This document shows, piece after piece, positions 37,919-44,667 of a stretch of 44,667 nucleotides of DNA. The position numbers were made by a program, and so were the translations under genes. Source of the DNA: Bradyrhizobiaceae bacterium (lineage in GTDB: Bacteria; Pseudomonadota; Alphaproteobacteria; Rhizobiales; Xanthobacteraceae). Position 1 is the first letter of the stretch; each line of letters starts with the position of its first letter. Location of the stretch: assembly GCA_016793685.1 (NCBI GenBank), contig JAEULX010000146.1:1-44667 (forward strand), in the 5' to 3' direction. The notes below the pieces were generated by a model. It ran no database searches. It saw only the letters and a list, made by a program, of their open reading frames with translations, and had not been told where the DNA came from.

Positions 37919-38298
37919 AGTTCCTGATCGACGAGTGCCTGAGCCCGGAGTTGGCGACGCTGGCGCGTGGGCGCGGCCATCCCGAATCGACACATGTCAC
38001 GTGGCTCGGTCTGACCGGGCGGAAGGACTGGGTAATCGCCAGGCGGGCGGCCGATGACGGCTACGTGCTGGTGACCAACAACGCAGGGGATTTCCGGCCG
38101 CTCTATCGTCGGGAGAAAGTGCATGTCGGCTTGGTCTGCCTGAACGTGGCGCCCGGGCTAATGAGCCTCGATCTTCAGAAACGCCTGTTCCTGCTGGCGC
38201 TGTCCGAGCTCGGCGAGGACGAGCCCTACAATGAGGTTATCGAGATTACGGCTCATGCAGACCAAACCGTAAGGATCGAGCGCTATGCGCTGCCGTGA
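37915..38298 (+). CDS. DUF5615 PIN-like toxin (VapC45-like)
   Basis: MKFLIDECLSP ... VLVTNNAGDF; canonical partner of DUF433 antitoxins. Confidence 0.85.
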   Translation: MKFLIDECLSPELATLARGRGHPESTHVTWLGLTGRKDWVIARRAADDGYVLVTNNAGDFRPLYRREKVHVGLVCLNVAPGLMSLDLQKRLFLLALSELGEDEPYNEVIEITAHADQTVRIERYALP

Positions 38299-38492
38299 AC
38301 AAGGCACGATGGAGAAGGCGACACAGGTAACCCGCGACGCGCTCAAGAGCCGTCACCTACCTTGACCGCTACGGCCTGTACTGGGAGAAGCGACCGGCCC
38401 ATGCCGGTCACGCTACGCCGCCAAGGCCTGAGGGTCCGAGAGGGTCTGCCGGCATCTTGTCGAAAGCCCCAGCACTGTTACGGAGATGGGGG

Positions 38493-38726
38493 ATGATGAT
38501 CGCGTATCTGGAGAAGGTCGAGCCGAAGCAGCGTATGCTCCACTTCTACGCTCTGCACATCGCGCCGACCCTGTTTGGCGAATGGACGCTGGTCCGCGAG
38601 TGGGGCCGGATCGGTTCGCCTGGAACGGTGCGGCTCGACTGGTTTGACAGCGCGAGCGAGGCCGAAGCCGTCGGCCGCAAGCTCGGCCGCGAAAAGGAAC
38701 GGCGAGGGTATCGGGCAATCGCCTGA
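38493..38726 (+). CDS. WGR-domain-only protein
   Basis: FYALHIAPTLFGEWTLVREWGRIGSPG...KERRGY. Confidence 0.88.
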   Translation: MMIAYLEKVEPKQRMLHFYALHIAPTLFGEWTLVREWGRIGSPGTVRLDWFDSASEAEAVGRKLGREKERRGYRAIA

Positions 38727-38761
38727 AAACGTGTAGGCCGCTTTCGCTTTTCCGGCAGTTC

Positions 38762-41503
38762 TCATGCGCTTCTGACGAATTTGGCCGCAAGTCCAGCAAG
38801 GCTTGCGCTGCCGTTGATCTGGTCATCTGGGATAAGGACATAAGACCATGGCTTGCCGTTAGCCTCGGCGGCGTGTCGATTGGCGGCCTCGCACCATTTT
38901 ATGGCGGCATGCGCTTTGGATACGACAACGGGATCGTCGATCTCGTTCCCGGCCTTGACCTCGCAGATGAACATGCGTCCTGAGGTTTCGACGACAAAAT
39001 CCGGCTCATAGCCGTCACCGAATTTGTGCTCGATCTTGAACTGGTCACGAGCGGGCTTGAGCCATTTCTCGACGCTCGCCTCGTCGTCGATGAGCACGGC
39101 GAAGCGCCGCTCTGGATCGGAATGAAACTTCTGGGCGGGATAGCAGCATTTGGTGAAGCCGGCGAACACCTGCCGCTTGGTGTCGGAAAGCGGTGAAACC
39201 GGCTGGCGGAAGTTTCGCGCCCGCTGTCCCGGTGTCAGATGCAGCGGCTGCGCCTTGAGCAGCGTGAAGCCACGAGTGATCCGCACCTCGTAATCGTTGG
39301 CGCCGAGCGGCGTCTCCCTGTAGTGCTGCATCATCTGCGCGAAGATGAACTCGGCGAGCTGGCGGCCGTGGCGTAGCAGCACGTTCTCGACATCGGTGTC
39401 GGTGTCGAGATAGGACCGCATCCGCTCCACCAGCTGGCCGGCGAGGGTGTAGAGCAAATCGGCGTGGGCGTCGTAATCGATCTCGTTGCGCTCGATCAGG
39501 TGACGGACGAGATAGTCCTCCGGCCGTTCCTCGCGCGGATCGTCGATCGCCTTGGCGAGATAGAGGCGCGCCTCGGTGCGAAGGTTCTGGATGACCAGCC
39601 CGTCATCGACCGGCTGGACGTTGATCGTCTCCAGGTTCTTCAGGTCAAAATCCGCGAAGGTGAAGGTGACCTGCCGTTTGGGCAACACGACGATCTGCGG
39701 GATCGAAATGGTGCGATCGGCAACCGTGGTCGCGACGGCCTCGACGACCTTCTCGATCCGAGGCGCTGTGATTACGCCTTCCAGCGTGCCCTGCACTGGT
39801 CGGATCAGCTCACGCACCTCGTTCGCGATCTTGCGTTGAACATCGAAATCACGGAGCGCTTCGACGCTGCCCAACCGGCGCTCATAGCGAGCGATCACAT
39901 CGAGCGTCACTTCGGCGGCCTTGCCCTCCTCCGGTGTGTCGAAGATATAGGCGGCCTGCGGCGTATCGGAAATGCCGGGGATCGCCGCCTGGGCGCCGGT
40001 GACCATCACCTGCACGACTGAAGGGCTTTCGACCAGCACGGCGCCTGCCGTCGAAACGTCGGCGTCTTCGCCGATCTCGATCGCCTTCATGACGATCGAG
40101 CCGGGTTCTCTGGCCTTCTGGATGATCTCGTCGAACCGGTCATGGGCGATGACGGTCAAGCGATCGATCGCCGCGAACTCGTCGTCGTCGCCCTTGGAAA
40201 CGCGGGAGCCGAAAGGCAGGCGAAGACCCCGGCCCAGCGTCTGCTCGGTGAGGATTTCCGAAGCCGACGCGCGCAGCGGAACGATGGTGTAGAGGTTGGT
40301 GACGTCCCAACCTTCCTTCAGCTTGTTGACGTGGATGACGATGTCGGTGCGGCTATCCCGCTCCAGGGCAACCAGGCGCTGCGTCGCCTCCTCGGTCTCC
40401 TCGCCGCGCAAGGCGGAATGCACCTCGGCAACCTTGTCCTTGAAGCGCCCTTTGAAAAACTCCTCGGATTCGATGAAGGCGCGAAGCCGACGCGCGTGCT
40501 CGGTATCTTGCGCTACCACGAGGATGAAGGGGTGGACCAGCGGCCGACCCGCGACCCGGTGAAAGCGGTCCAGCTCGACCGCGACGTGATCGTGATAGTG
40601 AACGGCGTCTTCGAGCTTGATGGTCTCAAGCCGTTCAGGCGGCACTGAGCGGGGGTCGAAGTCCTTGCGGGTAGCGACGGCCGGCTCCTTGACGAAGCCA
40701 TCGGCCATGGCCTCGCCCAAACCGTAAGCGTAGATGACGTTTCGGAACGGCACTGAGTTGCTGCCGACGGTCTTCGGCGTCGCGGTCAGCTCCAGGCCGA
40801 GAATGGGCTTAAGGCCTTCGATCGCCCTGGCGCCGGCGCTCGCCCGGTAACGGTGCGCCTCGTCCATCAGCAACACCAGGTCGTCAAGCTTGGAGAGATA
40901 GGCGTAATAGCTTTCGCCGATCGTCTCCTGCAGCCGCTTCATCTTCGGCCTGCCGCGCGGACCTTCTTCCTTGTTGATTTTATCGATGTTGAAGATGTTC
41001 ACGTGCACGCCGCTGCCGAACAGGTCGGCGGCATGCCCGCTCTCCAGGCGGACGCCGCGGCCGGTCTCATAATTGTCGCCGGTGATGACCAGCGGCGGGA
41101 GCTGGGCGAACTCGGCGATGCCACGGAAGACGTATTTCGGGCTCGCCGGCGAGAAGTCCGAGATCAGCTTCTCGTAGATCGTCCGGTTCGGCGCCAGCAC
41201 GAAAAAATGCCGGCTGCGCCCCGTCAGGTAGAGATAGCTGATAAACGCGCCCATCAGCCGCGTCTTGCCGACGCCGGTGGCGAGCGCAAAGCACAGCGAC
41301 GGAAAGTCGCGCTCGAAATCTTCGACCTGCGGCCAGGCCGCGCCGACGGCGGCCAGCGCCGCCGCCGGATCGGCGCCCTTGCCCAGCTCGATGCGCTCCA
41401 GGACCTCGACCAGAATCTCCAGCGAGCGCGCCTGCGGCGGCCGCAGCGAGAGCCGCTGCGTGACCATCTTGAGCGACTGCTTGGTGATGTCCCCCCACGG
41501 CAT
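38762..41503 (-). CDS. res: Type III restriction enzyme Res subunit (SF2 helicase plus nuclease)
   Basis: ATGVGKT, DEAH, LTAT, KLKEGWD, QTLGRGLR; C-terminal YEPDFVVE...ICEVK nuclease motif; follows mod. Confidence 0.9.
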   Translation of the reverse strand: MPWGDITKQSLKMVTQRLSLRPPQARSLEILVEVLERIELGKGADPAAALAAVGAAWPQVEDFERDFPSLCFALATGVGKTRLMGAFISYLYLTGRSRHFFVLAPNRTIYEKLISDFSPASPKYVFRGIAEFAQLPPLVITGDNYETGRGVRLESGHAADLFGSGVHVNIFNIDKINKEEGPRGRPKMKRLQETIGESYYAYLSKLDDLVLLMDEAHRYRASAGARAIEGLKPILGLELTATPKTVGSNSVPFRNVIYAYGLGEAMADGFVKEPAVATRKDFDPRSVPPERLETIKLEDAVHYHDHVAVELDRFHRVAGRPLVHPFILVVAQDTEHARRLRAFIESEEFFKGRFKDKVAEVHSALRGEETEEATQRLVALERDSRTDIVIHVNKLKEGWDVTNLYTIVPLRASASEILTEQTLGRGLRLPFGSRVSKGDDDEFAAIDRLTVIAHDRFDEIIQKAREPGSIVMKAIEIGEDADVSTAGAVLVESPSVVQVMVTGAQAAIPGISDTPQAAYIFDTPEEGKAAEVTLDVIARYERRLGSVEALRDFDVQRKIANEVRELIRPVQGTLEGVITAPRIEKVVEAVATTVADRTISIPQIVVLPKRQVTFTFADFDLKNLETINVQPVDDGLVIQNLRTEARLYLAKAIDDPREERPEDYLVRHLIERNEIDYDAHADLLYTLAGQLVERMRSYLDTDTDVENVLLRHGRQLAEFIFAQMMQHYRETPLGANDYEVRITRGFTLLKAQPLHLTPGQRARNFRQPVSPLSDTKRQVFAGFTKCCYPAQKFHSDPERRFAVLIDDEASVEKWLKPARDQFKIEHKFGDGYEPDFVVETSGRMFICEVKAGNEIDDPVVVSKAHAAIKWCEAANRHAAEANGKPWSYVLIPDDQINGSASLAGLAAKFVRSA

Positions 41504-41506
41504 CGC

Positions 41507-43219
41507 TTAGCCCTCCTCGGACAGAAAGGAGGGTTGATCCGGGGCCGGCTTCCGGGGTCGGCCACGGCGTTTCGGCGACTCGGCCGGGGACGCTTCGGAA
41601 GCGGGCGCGGCCTCGGGTTCGCCTTCGGGCGGGACGGCGGCGGGCGGCAGGCTCGCGACGGCGAGGCTGTAGTCGTCGCGCCTCCATTCGCATTTCTGCA
41701 TCACCGACTGCGGGATCTTCTTCACCGTCAGGTTGTCGAACGTGTCGAGATTGGCGCGAAACGCCTTGCAGCAGATGAGCAGGCTACGCTCCGGACCGAC
41801 CTCCTCGGCGATGGCGCGAAGCTGGTCGTGGGTGAGGCTCTGCGTCGTGACGTAGATGAAATCCCGCTCGGACGAGCGGCCATGCAGCCAGTAATGCGCT
41901 TCGGACGGCGCGTAGGTGAAGCCCATCAGCTTGCAGACGGCCTCGGCCAGCATCGCGCCGTTGAACTCGCGGCTGATCACCCAGTTATCCCAGCGGTCCT
42001 TTTCCAGCAGCGACGGGGCGAGGCGGTAGTAGCGGAAGCCGCCGCCGCCCTTCCAGCCGACGGCCTCGGTGATGCCGCCGGGATCGGCGCCGTCGATCAC
42101 CTTCTTCAGGCGCGGGATGATGTGGGTGTGGCAGTGCTCCCCCAGTTCCACCATGATCCAACGGCGGCCCATCTTGTGGGCGACTGCGCCGGTGGTGCCG
42201 GAACCGGCGAAGGAGTCGAGCACGAGGTCGCCATGAACAGTGGCCAGATCTAAGATTCTCTTAAGAAGTTTTTCTGGCTTCGGAGTCGCGAAGGGGTCTT
42301 CCGCATTGACAGCTTTCACTTCTTCACGCGCTTCATGGTTATTTCCCGCCTCAGAATGCAGCCACACCGTCGGTGCTGGCGGTCCTGCTATCTTTAGCTC
42401 ATTGAGAAACGTTTTGCGGGAAGGGGCTGCAGTGCCATCAGATCCAAACCAAATCTCGTCATTTTCATCCATCTGACGAAGTGCTTCTTCCGGAAATCGG
42501 GGCGATGCTCCTCGCGGGGTTGACCAGACTACGCCGTTCTTAAACGTGAATGTGAAACTCTGTTCCCTCGCGCTTCCCGAGCGCTTCGCGTACAGAGGCG
42601 TGGATTTCCAAGGTCCTTTTGGATGATTATCCGGATTTCTATAACGATCATCCATTTCTTGACTGCGGCTGAGGCGATACGGCCGCCAACGTTCTTTGGC
42701 TTTAGCGTAGATGAGCACATGATCGTGGCTCTCTGACAACCACTTGGTGTCATTCGCTACTGTATATTTTTTCTGCCAGATAGCATTGGACACAAAGTTG
42801 CCTCTTCCAAATATCTCGTCGCATATTACTTTGAGATAATGCACCTCGTTATCATCAATTGTAATCCATATGGACCCTTCCTCTGAAAGTAAGCGAGCCA
42901 GCGATTCCAGGCGGTCGCGCATCATAGTGAGCCACAAGGAATGCTCAAGGCCGTCGTCGTAATGCTCGAATGCGGAGCCGGTATTGTAGGGCGGGTCAAT
43001 GAAGATACATTTCACTTTGCCGGCAAAGTCCTGCTCCAGCGCCTTCAGCGCCAGCAGGTTATCGCCGAAGATCAGACGGCTGTCGAAGATATCGGCTTCG
43101 CTGACCCGTTCCTCGGCATGGTAAGACTTCTCTGGGTCCTCGATCAGGATGCGCGGCTCCAGCCGTGGCCGCTCGTCCTTGCCGATCCAGGTCAGTTCCA
43201 GGCGCTGCTTCCGGCTCAT
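41507..43219 (-). CDS. mod: Type III RM Mod subunit (N6-adenine methyltransferase, beta class)
   Basis: LELTWIGK, GDNLLALK, IDPPYNTG, TPKPE, DSFAGSGTTG; ATG at 43219. Confidence 0.93.
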   Translation of the reverse strand: MSRKQRLELTWIGKDERPRLEPRILIEDPEKSYHAEERVSEADIFDSRLIFGDNLLALKALEQDFAGKVKCIFIDPPYNTGSAFEHYDDGLEHSLWLTMMRDRLESLARLLSEEGSIWITIDDNEVHYLKVICDEIFGRGNFVSNAIWQKKYTVANDTKWLSESHDHVLIYAKAKERWRPYRLSRSQEMDDRYRNPDNHPKGPWKSTPLYAKRSGSAREQSFTFTFKNGVVWSTPRGASPRFPEEALRQMDENDEIWFGSDGTAAPSRKTFLNELKIAGPPAPTVWLHSEAGNNHEAREEVKAVNAEDPFATPKPEKLLKRILDLATVHGDLVLDSFAGSGTTGAVAHKMGRRWIMVELGEHCHTHIIPRLKKVIDGADPGGITEAVGWKGGGGFRYYRLAPSLLEKDRWDNWVISREFNGAMLAEAVCKLMGFTYAPSEAHYWLHGRSSERDFIYVTTQSLTHDQLRAIAEEVGPERSLLICCKAFRANLDTFDNLTVKKIPQSVMQKCEWRRDDYSLAVASLPPAAVPPEGEPEAAPASEASPAESPKRRGRPRKPAPDQPSFLSEEG

Positions 43220-43476
43220 GCCCGAAGGTTTCCAGGTGACGGAATGCGCTCCCACTCGCTCAGATCATGGGAGATGCCGAGCATTCCCAGGTCGGTGCCA
43301 TCGGACGGCATGAACGTATGCCCACCAGCAACGTCATCGGCGGCCGCCTCCGGTGAGTGATAGGATCCCAGGTTTTCGCCGCGGAAAAACACCTCGTAGC
43401 GGCCGCTATCAGAGGGCCTTAACTCGACCAGCCCTTCGCGCGTTTTCCAGTCGTACCTCACGGCGTTCCTTTTCAT
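43216..43476 (-). CDS. Hypothetical 86-aa protein inside the RM operon
   Basis: ATGA overlaps with both neighbours; GGGAGG SD upstream. Confidence 0.72.
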   Translation of the reverse strand: MKRNAVRYDWKTREGLVELRPSDSGRYEVFFRGENLGSYHSPEAAADDVAGGHTFMPSDGTDLGMLGISHDLSEWERIPSPGNLRA

Positions 43477-44667
43477 GCGACCTCCCAGCGAATGGTGAAC
43501 AGGGGCGTCAGCGTTGGTGCCAACTTCAGGTTCTCCTGAATGCGATCGAGCATTGCTTCGACGTCCGCCCTGATCTGGGCGCGCCGGTCGAAGAACTCCG
43601 CCTTCATCTTGTCGCGCTTGGCCTCCAGGGTGCCGATCCGGCGCTTTTCGGCAAGTTTCTCCTGCATGGCGAGATTGGCGCCGCGTAGCGCCTTCTTCGC
43701 CTCCTTGATCTCGGCTTCCAGTGCTTTCACCTCGGCTGCGAAGGCCGTTTCAAGATCATCGGCATAGGCGTCAAGCTTGTCGTTCTCGGTGTCGAGCCAC
43801 TCGCTGTTCTGCTGATCGGCGAGATTCAGAAGCGCCTGTCGCTTGGCGTCTTCCAGCGCAAGCAGCGCCGCCTCGGGCGCGGGATTTGCCGGAGCTCCGT
43901 TCAGCCGTGCCGGCACTCGGAAGAGGCGGGTGATCGTTTCTTCGTGCACGGCGGCGCCGTCATCGGGCTGAGGTGAGAGCACCAAGTGCTCGCGGGTGAT
44001 CGCCGGGGTTTCGATGCGGAGTTTCGCAACCCGCAGCCAACCGGATCGGCCGCAAAGCTGCTCCACGTCGGCGAGCCGGCCGCCGGGATAGGCGCTCAGG
44101 TCGAACACCAGATGCGCGGGAGTTGCGAAGGACCGCTTCTTGGCGCGGGCCACCAGCTCGGTCGCCAATGTGCCCTCGATCAGGCGAAAAAACTTCCAGC
44201 CGCGGTCGTCGGCGATCGGCCATTCCGTCGTGTAGGTCGTGCCGTCGTAATCGAAGCGGCGTTCGTCATTCGCGTGAAAGCGGGCGCCCGGCAGCTCCGC
44301 CTCGGCGACGATGAGAAGCTGGCGGTCGAACTCGTTCAGGTTCTTGCGGATCTCGCCGTCGCGACCCTTGAGCTTGTGGATGACGGCTTCGTCGACGCTT
44401 TCCAACAAGCGCTTGCGGGCGTCGAGCACCTGCTCGCTGATCTGGGCTTGCAGGTCTTCCTGAAGCTGATCGAACGCCGTATTGATCTCGGTTTCGGTAC
44501 GAGCGCTCTGCACAATTTCGAGAATGCGGCGCTCGATATCGACGCCGCGCTCGATGACGCCGAGCACCTCGTCGCTGGCGCCGAACACGCCCTCGAACAG
44601 GTTGAACTTGTCCTTCAGCAACTCGTAGACCCGCTGCTCGGCGCGGTTCTTGAGGTTGAGGAAGTTG
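43473..44667 (-). CDS. SNF2-family helicase, C-terminal part (truncated by the window edge)
   Basis: Frame open to the window end (NFLNLKNRAEQRVYELLKDKFNLFEGVFGASDEVLG), as in RM-associated SNF2 helicases just after the HELICc domain; coiled-coil tail. The ATPase motifs are outside the window. Confidence 0.75.
   Translation of the reverse strand, partial: NFLNLKNRAEQRVYELLKDKFNLFEGVFGASDEVLGVIERGVDIERRILEIVQSARTETEINTAFDQLQEDLQAQISEQVLDARKRLLESVDEAVIHKLKGRDGEIRKNLNEFDRQLLIVAEAELPGARFHANDERRFDYDGTTYTTEWPIADDRGWKFFRLIEGTLATELVARAKKRSFATPAHLVFDLSAYPGGRLADVEQLCGRSGWLRVAKLRIETPAITREHLVLSPQPDDGAAVHEETITRLFRVPARLNGAPANPAPEAALLALEDAKRQALLNLADQQNSEWLDTENDKLDAYADDLETAFAAEVKALEAEIKEAKKALRGANLAMQEKLAEKRRIGTLEAKRDKMKAEFFDRRAQIRADVEAMLDRIQENLKLAPTLTPLFTIRWEVA

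Noticed and set aside
40853-42253. 466-aa plus-strand ORF
   Set aside because: Antisense shadow of res and mod.

Overview
High-GC window that reads as most of a conjugative plasmid, probably alphaproteobacterial (inference from gene families and composition). Left to right: (1) an R388/IncW-like MOBF transfer module (oriT with a recognisable nic site, TrwA-like RHH, TrwB coupling protein, TrwC relaxase-helicase); (2) an iteron origin with a RepA_C-family initiator and a ParA/RHH partition cassette with 8-bp-period centromere-like arrays; (3) a very divergent Trb/VirB-type mating-pair system split over several divergent transcription units, with two or three pilin-like genes, a twin-arginine TrbJ-like protein, a TraF peptidase and a tandem-RHH protein; (4) a ~15 kb IclR-linked dicarboxylate beta-oxidation cluster (dcaA/E/H/F-like, gcdH, CoA ligase, LIV-type ABC transporter); (5) a stability/defence region with an orphan PD-(D/E)XK-like nuclease, a tyrosine recombinase with two palindromic crossover-like sites, a DUF433/PIN toxin-antitoxin pair, a WGR-only protein and a SNF2 helicase - small ORF - type III Mod - Res operon cut by the window edge. 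No rRNA, tRNA, CRISPR array or transposase was recognised. Family calls rest on motif recognition and recalled reference sequences; no searches were run.
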